Part shown: positions 9,201-17,233 of the stretch, in pieces
Position numbering within the stretch: position 1 is the first letter of the stretch
How the letters are laid out: the number at the start of each line of letters is the position of its first letter
Virus record (IMG/VR): IMGVR_UViG_3300027906_004537
Location: 1 to 56,977 of that record
Reading direction: 5' to 3' (one strand)
Source: a virus
Taxonomy: Duplodnaviria; Caudoviricetes
Length of the DNA: 56,977 nt
Program-made: the position numbers and the translations under genes
The notes under the pieces: model-generated
Told to the model about the DNA's origin: nothing
What the model saw: only the letters and a program-made list of their open reading frames with translations
Database searches by the model: none

Positions 9201-12128
9201 AGCTTGGGCCGGGGTCAGCTTGGCCGTTTTTGCAATGTCGCGGTACTCGGCAACAGTCTGATCCCATAGCTTTTTAATTGCCGGGTTTTCGGTGGATGCC
9301 TTTTTGATCTGCGCATACAGCTGTCGGCGCGCTACCGGCGAAAGAAGCCCAAGACCCTTGTGAACCAGGATCTCTTCTCGGAGCGTTTCCTCGATATTCT
9401 GCCGCGCACTTTTGCCATTTCGTGCACCAAGGCTTGCTCCCACAAGATGGACTGTTCCAGTTCGGAAGTCGTATTCACCTTGGATGGATGCTCCGGAATC
9501 TCTATCTGCGCGGTATCCGGGGAGGGTTTCAGCGCTATCGTGGATTTCAACTCGGACATCATCGGCGCCTTTATAGCGTTTAAGGAATGCGTCAACGGTA
9601 GCCTGCACTTTCTTCCTGGGCAAGGTGCTTGCGGCCTTCTTGCCTTTGCGGCTGAATGCTGGCACCTCGGCCTGCAGCTGCTCCCATGCCTGGCGGTTCA
9701 CCGACTCGGGTGATTCGGAATTGAGCTTGTTGTACTGCTCAAACGGCAGCTTGGCCGAGGCCGCGTCCAGCTCGGCATCGTACTCCTGCTGTAACCTTGC
9801 CATGGCGTCAGCGTAGCCAGGCGACCCTTTCTTGATGCCCGCCTTCTTTGCCATGGCAGCAAGGTAGGCTTTGCGGGGCTTGGTGAGGATTGCGGGGGCC
9901 TGTTTCACGCCTGCTGCAAACGTCGCCGGCGCTGCGACAGGTGTAGCAGCTGGTATCTTGGGGCGGCGTACCTTTTTTTCAGCGGTCCTCGCTTTAGCTT
10001 GTGCTGGAGATCTGGCCTCAGGCGCCTGTTCGCCCGCCTCGGCCTGAGCGCTTGGGAACTCTTTTACTGCCGGTAACAGTTCGCTAATCGGCGCTCCCAG
10101 CTGAATGATATTGACCGACTCGCCCGCCTCCAGCTTAGCCAACCATTGATGGTGCCCATCCAATACGTACCCGTCGCTCGATACCAATATTGACCGGTCT
10201 CCACCAGTGTACTTCTGTGCCTTGGCCACCTTTGTGCGAGAGAACTCTGCCTGGGTTGGCTTCAGGTCCGCTGCCGGCACCTCCTTCGACTCATGGCTTA
10301 TCCCCTTCCCCTTGAGAAAGTTCACCATTGCACCGCGGTGCTCCGCTTTGATCTGAGGCATGTCAGAGCGCGGCACTTTCATCGTGCCCGACTCAGGAGA
10401 GAAGCGAGCCCAATCGCCGTCAATGTCTTCGCCTACGATGGACGGCGACTGAGCGGCGACCACACGTTGCAACCGCCACTCCCTGTTCGCAGTCTTCACC
10501 ACCTCATATGCATCAGGGTTTGGCAACGCGCGCTTAGCTCGGTTCGCGCCTGGTACCGTTTTATAGGAGGTGCCCAATGCTTGGTTTTCCTGAGCCGCTA
10601 GGCGCAAGGCGCGCGCAGCCTGTATGCGGGTCGCACCAGTAGCCTCGGCCAGCGCCACTGCATTCATACCGCCGTTCTCGCGAGCACGCTCCAACACCCG
10701 CTCGAACCGAGGGCGCTGGCGTGGCACGGCCTGGCGAGTCATACCATCCTCCGGCTCTATCGGCTCAGGCTCTGCTAGTGTCGCCACCCGCGCTGTGGTG
10801 GCACCGCCCTGCTTATCGACCACAAAGGCTTCAGGCCGCAAGTCTGGAATGCCTAGCGGCTCGGTTACCACTGCCGCTTCAGGGCTGGCCGGCTCGACCG
10901 GCAAGGCTTCTCGGCCTCGCGGGGTTGGTTGGTCCATGCCTCGGCCACCCGACAATCCTGCTGGTGCAGAAGCCGGCACACGGCCTTGCGGTTCCGCTCG
11001 CATCTCGCCGTCCACGTTCCGTACTGGGCCAATGTTCTGTGCATTGCCAGCACCATCTACATAAGTGACCGGTTCCGGCGGTGGCAATCGCAACACGGGT
11101 TCAGGCGCAGGCAACTGAGCGGCCGCCCGGGATAACACCCCACCTGCAGGGTCCGGTCGATCAACTGGGAATGGTGCCGGGTTTTGCTCCGAAGGTTGCG
11201 GCTGCACGCTACCGACCACGTTTGCGCCGGCACCCATCGCCATACCGGCTAGGGTCCCCATCACAGCAGCATCTTCAATGCCTTCCGACCAGTCGCGGTC
11301 GAGCGCTAGGTTCTGGATGATCTGCTCAGATACGGACTGCGGTAGCTCCTCCAGCAAACCTTCGGTGATGGCGCCCTCGATCACCTTGCGCGGGATACTC
11401 TTCGCCGGCATTGCGGCCAGCTCACCGGCTACTTCTCGCGGTGTCACGCCACCGGCCAGCATGGTATCAACGTCGCCAATACCCATCTTCTGCGCCAGCC
11501 TGCCACCGGCAAAACCAAACAACGCACCAGCAGCACCAGTGCCGATAGCAGCGCCAGCCTGCCCCGCGGTCAGCAGGCCATCATCCGTTTGCTGTCTGAT
11601 CTGCTCGGCCTGGGCGCCGGCCATAACGGTGCCTTCGCCGGCTGCGCCTGCCAGTGCGGCGCCAACCTTGGGTGCAGCACGCCGGATGCCCTGGGCGACC
11701 ACGCCACCGCCAAGCATGGAGGGGGCCGATTCGGTTACGACATTCGCGATCAGCGAGGGGTTGCTCAGTGCTACCCCCGCTTTGTCGATGACACCATCGG
11801 CCTCTTGGAACTCCTGCTGCTGGGCTTTGAACTGGTCTGTGTGCAGGTCACTGAGAATGCCCTTGGCTTCTGCCGGCCTGAAGCCTGCCTTTTCGGCCAA
11901 CTTACCCGCGGCGCCAAAGGTGGGAATGTTCGCCAGGCCCACGGCCGCCTCTGGTATTGCGATGGCGCCTTTCAGCAGAGATAGGCCTGTGTCGCGCAGG
12001 TGGCCAGTGAGGCCTTTTTCCGTGGTCACCGGCTTGACGTCATCAAGGCCGCCGGTAAACGGCTTCACGCGCCGTGGCGCTTCAGCGGCCTCATCTAGCT
12101 CGCCATCGAAAGGTTTGAGAGCCATCAC
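6222..12128 (-). CDS. Giant internal virion/DNA-ejection polyvalent protein (1968 aa)
   Basis: Last gene of the structural block; Ala/Gly-rich membrane-type N-terminal region, ParB/Srx-like segment (LKPTQ..ILVSSDGYVLDGHHQW) and a degenerate zincin-like EEILVHKGL. Confidence 0.75.
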   Translation of the reverse strand: MMALKPFDGELDEAAEAPRRVKPFTGGLDDVKPVTTEKGLTGHLRDTGLSLLKGAIAIPEAAVGLANIPTFGAAGKLAEKAGFRPAEAKGILSDLHTDQFKAQQQEFQEADGVIDKAGVALSNPSLIANVVTESAPSMLGGGVVAQGIRRAAPKVGAALAGAAGEGTVMAGAQAEQIRQQTDDGLLTAGQAGAAIGTGAAGALFGFAGGRLAQKMGIGDVDTMLAGGVTPREVAGELAAMPAKSIPRKVIEGAITEGLLEELPQSVSEQIIQNLALDRDWSEGIEDAAVMGTLAGMAMGAGANVVGSVQPQPSEQNPAPFPVDRPDPAGGVLSRAAAQLPAPEPVLRLPPPEPVTYVDGAGNAQNIGPVRNVDGEMRAEPQGRVPASAPAGLSGGRGMDQPTPRGREALPVEPASPEAAVVTEPLGIPDLRPEAFVVDKQGGATTARVATLAEPEPIEPEDGMTRQAVPRQRPRFERVLERARENGGMNAVALAEATGATRIQAARALRLAAQENQALGTSYKTVPGANRAKRALPNPDAYEVVKTANREWRLQRVVAAQSPSIVGEDIDGDWARFSPESGTMKVPRSDMPQIKAEHRGAMVNFLKGKGISHESKEVPAADLKPTQAEFSRTKVAKAQKYTGGDRSILVSSDGYVLDGHHQWLAKLEAGESVNIIQLGAPISELLPAVKEFPSAQAEAGEQAPEARSPAQAKARTAEKKVRRPKIPAATPVAAPATFAAGVKQAPAILTKPRKAYLAAMAKKAGIKKGSPGYADAMARLQQEYDAELDAASAKLPFEQYNKLNSESPESVNRQAWEQLQAEVPAFSRKGKKAASTLPRKKVQATVDAFLKRYKGADDVRVEIHDSAETLPGYRADRDSGASIQGEYDFRTGTVHLVGASLGARNGKSARQNIEETLREEILVHKGLGLLSPVARRQLYAQIKKASTENPAIKKLWDQTVAEYRDIAKTAKLTPAQADRLYAEEMLGTLAQRKINWATKGWNRILRALKRLAVRVGLIKHTDGPAELIKAVEYIADAFAKGRRARARNLTTDVRAEDADLPAFRMASTAQGAAQAREALDRALGRAKLDPTDPFAAENRRLREEDRPIWDKAKKIFARQFAPGGLLPGDVFSEKIKRDSEFEAVEFDVRHMVGALEKAVQGDYGLAANKLTEEQMRSLSEALAGKVDDSLPTNTRAGIVAMRQYIDSLSSEYISILKQQTADRLKGADQGLIDKITGNLGRYVHRSYQAYDDPKWFKQVPVPVLNSARNYLAAGYRRSGESSAEAARLADVAINEILKSGTAYDSMESFIAEGKLGAKDLSVMMKRKDVAPQIRALLGEYADPRVNFAKSATKMGRLIWNQRFLDRVREVGMGSFLFEGKNRPADATTQIAGEQSDTYSPLNGLWTFPEVAQSFKDALGKQQMGDLYRTVVRANGLVKYGKTVLSPTTAMRNWQSAMFFSLANGHFNMKHMRKSMAAFREQVSQSATGQDLAYLRKLKQLGVVYDSPYAGEMMRLLEDARMDELLSGKKGKAMDIFRKANQAAQGFYTFGDDFWKIIGFENEKASLIDAGIAEADAEKMAAERIRNTYPTYSMVGRGMRWLSRFPLAGTFVSFPSEIVRTSANMMRTTASDLKSENPKIRALGRKRAAGMAMVSAGFYALSAMTAAALGVDDDEEEAIRDLGPPWQDNSTFMYLGRDPDGKLRYVDLSFLDPYGFWKRPVTAMMRNQSWEDSAKSGVADLLTPFLGGDITAQSIFEVMSNKKSSGGQVYKENGEPLDQLADITNHIRKTIQPGFVSNAERFVQAARGQRRESTGQPYSVRDEVSALLGWRASTLDARTGLYYRSFDFNEALTDARGSLSRVLRSANNVSSDDIRKAKEGADRQYAKAFNDMAKLVSAAENAGMTRRELLQTLTLGGVSRKNAFALLRGSPPAMTITPQAQSRAVRQARVNQGAEQSRVVASRFREARTL

Positions 12129-12156
12129 ACACCCCAGAGATTGGAAATTCCCTCAA

Positions 12157-12184
12157 AGGCTATGTGACTGGATGGGGCTTGCAA
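12157..12184 (-). promoter_or_regulatory. Late-type promoter, copy 2: TTGCAA-N8-CAGTCACA-TAGCCT
   Basis: Repeated motif directly upstream of the 1968-aa gene. Confidence 0.75.
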
Positions 12185-12192
12185 CGCGGGCA

Positions 12193-12218
12193 TAAAAAAG
12201 CCCGCGCAGGGCGGGCTA
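12193..12218 (-). terminator. Terminator after the TA pair
   Basis: AGCCCGC-cctgc-GCGGGCT followed by a T-run on the minus strand. Confidence 0.75.
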
Positions 12219-12234
12219 TAGCAAGATAAAAAAT

Positions 12235-12678
12235 TCATGCTGCATGAGGTTCGGCTTCTTTCCAGCCACCTTCATCCTCTTGCAAGCTGAGGGTATATAA
12301 ATCGTGATCAATCTCATTGAGACGCTTAATACCCTCCATCAAGCCGGCTTCACCGGTCTTTGCTTCCAAGTACAGCCCGCGTAAAAAACGCTCGGAGGAT
12401 AGCGGAATCTTGCCACCTTTCTCCCATTTGGCAATAGCCTGGTCAGTGTTACCCAGAATGCGTGCCAGGCTATCTTGGGATAAGCCAAGTTCTTTGCGAA
12501 GAAATCGGAATTCCGCGCCGGTCAGTTTGCTTGCTTTCTCGGCCAGCATTACGCCGATAGCAAGATGTAAGCCCTCAACGTCATGAATGGCCACAGCTTC
12601 GCCGTACGGAGTCTCCTTAACTACGAAGCCGTTGCGCAGCCGAACATTGTCGAGTCCGCATTCAACGTAGTGGTACAT
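12235..12678 (-). CDS. HTH (Xre/MqsA-HigA-like) antitoxin
   Basis: MYHYVECGLDNVRL N-terminus; EFRFLRKELGLSQ..LA..LG..Q.IAKWEKG helix-turn-helix; RBS GGAG. Confidence 0.8.
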   Translation of the reverse strand: MYHYVECGLDNVRLRNGFVVKETPYGEAVAIHDVEGLHLAIGVMLAEKASKLTGAEFRFLRKELGLSQDSLARILGNTDQAIAKWEKGGKIPLSSERFLRGLYLEAKTGEAGLMEGIKRLNEIDHDLYTLSLQEDEGGWKEAEPHAA

Positions 12679-12690
12679 GCTTTTCTCCAA

Positions 12691-13002
12691 TCAGTAGGTG
12701 GTTACAACTAAGACGAAATTCCCTTCGTCGTCAAAATCTATGACGGCAACGACCGTTAGCGGTGAACCGGCTCTAAACCAGTTCACTGTACAACGCCAAC
12801 TGCCATTCGCTTCTTGAGCCGGACCCTCTGTGATCTGCCCATTTTCCAGGCAGCACATGACATCTGGTCGGGATATGCAGCGCTCCAGCATTCGCTCACT
12901 GGCGTGCTTGGTGATAAACACCTTTCCAGAGTCCGAGCTCACATCCCTGAGTATCTCTAGCGCCTTCTTCTTCGACAGAGGAAAAGGTAAAGGGTTCGTC
13001 AT
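12691..13002 (-). CDS. DUF4258-type (RelE-like) toxin
   Basis: FITKHASERMLERCISRPDV..CL..G and terminal LVVTTY; immediately upstream of the HTH gene. Confidence 0.8.
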   Translation of the reverse strand: MTNPLPFPLSKKKALEILRDVSSDSGKVFITKHASERMLERCISRPDVMCCLENGQITEGPAQEANGSWRCTVNWFRAGSPLTVVAVIDFDDEGNFVLVVTTY

Positions 13003-13004
13003 TT

Positions 13005-13057
13005 ATCTATACTTTTTATAGGTTGCGCGACTTTACTTTACTAATTGTTTTTGTCAA
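13005..13057 (-). promoter_or_regulatory. TA operon promoter with imperfect palindromic operator
   Basis: TTGACA...TAAAGT on the minus strand; ATCTATACTTTTTATAGGTT near-palindrome just before the start codon. Confidence 0.5.
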
Positions 13058-13380
13058 TACATTTGATAAACGCTGATAGTAAAAATTGCTGTCAATTTTT
13101 CGCCAATTAGGGCGGTCCGTTGTTTTCTTCATGCCTAAGCACCTGTTTTATCGTTGGTTGCGCTACGCGCTGGATTCCCAAGAATCTTCTATAAGTTTTT
13201 CTCAGAATAGCAATGCGCCACTAACTTCGCCATCCCATGCGTATCCCGGGTAAAAGAAACGTCACAACCTCTTCATTTCAATCGATGCTTTATCGAGAAG
13301 CGTCGGTACACGCTTGCGTGCTTGCCCTAGGCAGCAGGTACATGCATCCTAACCGAAGAGCCACGAACCGGACCCAGCCA

Positions 13381-13806
13381 GTGAAGCGCACCACCACCTT
13401 ACTATTCCTTACCCTGCTGTCTCCCCTGGCGCTGGCAGACAATTACGCTACCTGCCTGCTGGATAAGTTGGAGGGGGTGCAGAATGATCAGGCGGCGCGC
13501 TCGGCCATCCGTCTGTGCTTGCGCGCGCATCCGGGCGGCCTTAAAACGGTAGAGCAAGGCTCCGGGCGCGGCTTCTTCAGCTATGACTCCGGGGACGAGT
13601 GTGCCCTCGATAAAGCCAGTGACACTCGGAGTAACGTTGCGGGCTATCAAACTCGAATAGCTTGCTATCGCTTATACGATACTTCGGCGGATGTTGCTGC
13701 GAGAATGGGATTGAAGCCGTTCAATGGTCCGTACACGCCAGCTCAACGGGTAGCTCCGTTCAGTGGCGAGTACGAACCATTGCCTCAGTCATCCACGAAC
13801 AACTGA
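13381..13806 (+). CDS. Secreted four-cysteine moron protein (VF_A0006-like)
   Basis: GTG start, Sec signal peptide (KRTTTLLFLTLLSPLALA-DNYATCLLD), four Cys; antisense to the virion genes. Confidence 0.75.
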   Translation: MKRTTTLLFLTLLSPLALADNYATCLLDKLEGVQNDQAARSAIRLCLRAHPGGLKTVEQGSGRGFFSYDSGDECALDKASDTRSNVAGYQTRIACYRLYDTSADVAARMGLKPFNGPYTPAQRVAPFSGEYEPLPQSSTNN

Positions 13807-15224
13807 CCATTCGCGTCGCGGTACACCTTTTTACCTTGGTACGTACCAGCAAGCATCATGCCTTGGGATGTCAGGTTCGTTCCTGCTTGGCGCGCCTCTT
13901 GCCCTACTAGATTACCGCTCAGAACATCCAGGGCAGTGCGGCCAACAATAGGCTTACCTTCTGGGTCGTAGTCGAGAATAGTGTCTTGCGGCACGTACCG
14001 ATCCTTCGCTGAGACCGTAAGCGATCCCATAGTCCGCTCCAGCTGCGCCCGCCGCTCTGCCGGCAAATTCGGATTGGCCAACGCACTGCTCAGATCATCC
14101 AAACGGCCCGCGCTGCGGTTATTGCGCTCATTGGCAATACGCGCCTGCACGTTCTGGTCGAGCTGGGATTGCAGGCCGGTCAGCAGGCCTTTGCCTTCAT
14201 CAATGCGAGCCAACCCTTGCGCCCGCCGCTCACCAAATTGTTGCGCCGCGCTTTCGTTCTTCTCTCGATTGATGATGCCCTTTACGCCGCTGGCGTTGGA
14301 GTCACGCACCACATTCAGGTAATTAGAGTTGCCCTGCTCGCGTCGAGCCTGCTGCATGTACGCCACGGACAAGTCATTGCGCGCGCGGGCCTCACCACCA
14401 CCGGATACAACTGACAGACCGCCGACGCCGTTACCGATACCGCCGGCCTGGGTTTTGCGCCCTGAAGCCACGCCGAGCGCGCCAGGCGAATCAGTGAACT
14501 CCATCACCCCGCCCTCTCCCCGGCGCGCTGCAATGCCAGGCGCTGCCATGCCGTATTCGCTCGCATCAGCTTTACGGGGCAGGACGTCATCCAGACCTTG
14601 TAACGCGGATGGTTGCACGCTGCTACCAGCAGGATTGCTTGCCGGTGCGGCAGGCTGCCCAGCCGGTTGACGAGGTTGTGCTAGCGGCGTGAGCGCTCCG
14701 CTAGGTAATTCAGCCTCACCCATATCCAGCGGTGTTGCTAATCGCTCCTGGATGCGCCCAACAGCCCGCCCTGCTGCGCCTGCTGCAAACTCGTTGGCGC
14801 TCGCCGCCTGCCGGGGGTTGTTTGTGACAAATTTCTGCGCCGCCCGCTGACGCTCACCTGCGCCATAGTCAGGCAGGTTGCTATCAATGCCAATCTTCGT
14901 TTCGCCCGTCGCCAGCCCGAGTGCAGTTCTCGGCACCACCGAGGCGGCAGTCATCAGGCCCGTCGCGGCCCCTTTGTAGAAGTCGCCAACCTTCCCAGCA
15001 ACATCGCCAAGGGCCTGACGGTTCTGCTGTACGTTTTGCTGGTAGCCCGCTACAGGGTTTGTAGGCTTTGGTAGCGCACCCTGAGAAAGAGAGGCTGCAG
15101 GTTTGACTGGTGCGATTGCCCCCCCGGCAGCAGGGGCTGAAGTCATATCATCAAGCCGCAATGGCGTGCCGGACGTCCGGCGCCGCGCTTGCTGCATGTT
15201 TCCAAATTCGGTGAGGCTGGCCAT
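13785..15224 (-). CDS. Putative DNA-ejection (internal virion) protein
   Basis: Ala/Gly/Gln-rich; position before the giant ejection protein; RBS GGAG before MASLTEF. Confidence 0.6.
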   Translation of the reverse strand: MASLTEFGNMQQARRRTSGTPLRLDDMTSAPAAGGAIAPVKPAASLSQGALPKPTNPVAGYQQNVQQNRQALGDVAGKVGDFYKGAATGLMTAASVVPRTALGLATGETKIGIDSNLPDYGAGERQRAAQKFVTNNPRQAASANEFAAGAAGRAVGRIQERLATPLDMGEAELPSGALTPLAQPRQPAGQPAAPASNPAGSSVQPSALQGLDDVLPRKADASEYGMAAPGIAARRGEGGVMEFTDSPGALGVASGRKTQAGGIGNGVGGLSVVSGGGEARARNDLSVAYMQQARREQGNSNYLNVVRDSNASGVKGIINREKNESAAQQFGERRAQGLARIDEGKGLLTGLQSQLDQNVQARIANERNNRSAGRLDDLSSALANPNLPAERRAQLERTMGSLTVSAKDRYVPQDTILDYDPEGKPIVGRTALDVLSGNLVGQEARQAGTNLTSQGMMLAGTYQGKKVYRDANGQLFVDD

Positions 15225-15256
15225 AGGGTGCTCCGCAAGAATGCATAACACCCATG

Positions 15257-15284
15257 ACCTTATGTGACTGAATTAAACCATCAA
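15257..15284 (-). promoter_or_regulatory. Late-type promoter, copy 3: TTGATG-N8-CAGTCACA-TAAGGT
   Basis: Repeated motif; its -35 overlaps the upstream stop codon. Confidence 0.7.
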
Positions 15285-16228
15285 GACGGTATCTGTCCTG
15301 TGTAAAGGTCTGCCTGTAGCGAACCTTGAGCATTGGCAGCCGCACTTGAAGCATCAGCAAATGCCGAAGCCGCACGAGCCAGCGCCTGGTTAAGCGCAGC
15401 GCGCACATCGCCTTCCTGCATCTTCGTTTTGTTGGTGGCATCCTGCGCGTCAGCCTTGCCGGCGGCAGCCTTCAAGCGCAGCTCTTCAAAGCCCAGTTCG
15501 ACACTGTAGTAGCTGGAGAGCGCGGCTGTCAGCGATGAATACGCCTGCGCCTTTGCTCTGGCTAGATCTGTATCACGATTAAGAACACCCACCCACTGAT
15601 TGTAGAAATTGGCCAGCACCTGCAGCATGCCGGTTTTCAACTGCGCGGCGGTCGAAGCTGCAAACTTAACCAGGTCCAGCTTGATCTCGGCATCGCGCAC
15701 AGTCTGTGTGCGATTGATCTCCGCAATAGCCTCGCTTGCACGAATCTCTGCGTTATTCGATGCCGCAATCATAGCGCCTGGCGGCAGAGCGAAACCGCGG
15801 CGCGAATACTCCGCCCGGATCTGCGCCTGCTCGGTGTTCGCTTGACGCAGCGCTCGGTCACGCCCTTCATGCCATACGGCTTCAAATACCTCACGGCTCA
15901 GGCCGAACGGCTGCTGACCAGTAAGAATGCCGCACGCCCACTCTTCCGGCTGATACTTGCCGCAGCTGGCGAAGTTCGGGAAGTATTCTTCCATCCACTT
16001 CTCGGTCGCATCATTCAGGAACGCGATCGATGCGCCGCTGGTATCGCCGGTCAGTAGGTCCCCAATGTTGGGCGGAGGCTGAATGCTGGGCTTTGCCGGA
16101 TCGTAATTAAAGCTAACCGTCGAAGAGCCTGGCACGAAGCTGCCTATACGGTTTGACAGAGCCTGCGCGCGCGAAAGCGCATCGTTGGCAAAATCCTGCA
16201 GGAAATCTTGGCTGGTATCGATAGTCAT
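15281..16228 (-). CDS. Virion structural/ejection protein
   Basis: Helical Ala-rich ORF in the structural operon. Confidence 0.55.
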   Translation of the reverse strand: MTIDTSQDFLQDFANDALSRAQALSNRIGSFVPGSSTVSFNYDPAKPSIQPPPNIGDLLTGDTSGASIAFLNDATEKWMEEYFPNFASCGKYQPEEWACGILTGQQPFGLSREVFEAVWHEGRDRALRQANTEQAQIRAEYSRRGFALPPGAMIAASNNAEIRASEAIAEINRTQTVRDAEIKLDLVKFAASTAAQLKTGMLQVLANFYNQWVGVLNRDTDLARAKAQAYSSLTAALSSYYSVELGFEELRLKAAAGKADAQDATNKTKMQEGDVRAALNQALARAASAFADASSAAANAQGSLQADLYTGQIPS

Positions 16229-16231
16229 GCG

Positions 16232-17233
16232 CTATTCCTCGCCTATCACTTCAGTGGCTTGTTTAAAGTCGGTCCAGAACGCTGTTGGCACATAGGGCTC
16301 TGGCGGAGCGTACTGCCCATAGAACGTGCGGCCCACGGCATTGAACCAGCCTATATCGTCGATCAGCACCATCATTTCATCTGGCACGCCTAGCGCCGTA
16401 GATGCCCCACTGGAAAAAGACATCAAGGTGTAGCCGGGAACGCTGGCGTTGTCGGCAGTGTAGGTCGCATCATTCCTGACCACGCCTTTTGGTGTTGCAT
16501 AGGAATCAAAACCGTACAGCGACACGCCGTAAGCTCCGTCATTCCTGAACGCTGCTCCGCTGTCACCTGAGCTGGTGATTGCCCCTATCATCATCACTGC
16601 ATCACCAGGGTCTCGCGTATCCGCGGCCGCAAAGTCGCGCGTCTGAGAGCCAGCCACCCCGCCAGCCGCCATGCCAGGGTGCGTGTATTTTGCTGGCGTT
16701 GCCCCATCAGTAGGCGCGAAATACTCCGTCACGCCGACAAGGTTGCGAAAGCCGCCGACTACGTTGGAGCTTTTGATGGCAATGGATATGGCCCCATCAG
16801 AAAGCCGATACCCAACATAAGAAAGGGATGATCTGTTGCTGCCCGTTACCAGCGAGAAGCCCATTGCTGGCAGCGTGATTGCCTGCACCGGCTGCCCGCG
16901 CACAAAGCGGTAAGCCTCCAGTGTCGCTGCGCGATACACCACGCACGAGTTGTCAGGCAGTACTGACAGGCTGTCGCCAAAGGCCGTTCTTGCGAGCGAG
17001 CCCACCAGTAAAGATGCACCTGTAATGATGTCCTTGAACTGAATGCTCCCATCCGCGAGCCACTCCCATGATCCTAGAGAGCCCATCACCCATGGGTTTG
17101 AGAAGTTTTCCGCGTAAAGCAGATTACTCGGCGCCTCGTAGATGTAAGTGCTTTCTTCATCGTGGTTGAGGTAGCCGACGTTACCGGATGAACCGCTGTT
17201 GTCGTAGACCAGAAACCCATTCATGAATCTCAT
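16232..17233 (-). CDS. Putative tail/virion protein
   Basis: Beta-rich ORF translationally coupled within the tail block. Confidence 0.5.
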   Translation of the reverse strand: MRFMNGFLVYDNSGSSGNVGYLNHDEESTYIYEAPSNLLYAENFSNPWVMGSLGSWEWLADGSIQFKDIITGASLLVGSLARTAFGDSLSVLPDNSCVVYRAATLEAYRFVRGQPVQAITLPAMGFSLVTGSNRSSLSYVGYRLSDGAISIAIKSSNVVGGFRNLVGVTEYFAPTDGATPAKYTHPGMAAGGVAGSQTRDFAAADTRDPGDAVMMIGAITSSGDSGAAFRNDGAYGVSLYGFDSYATPKGVVRNDATYTADNASVPGYTLMSFSSGASTALGVPDEMMVLIDDIGWFNAVGRTFYGQYAPPEPYVPTAFWTDFKQATEVIGEE

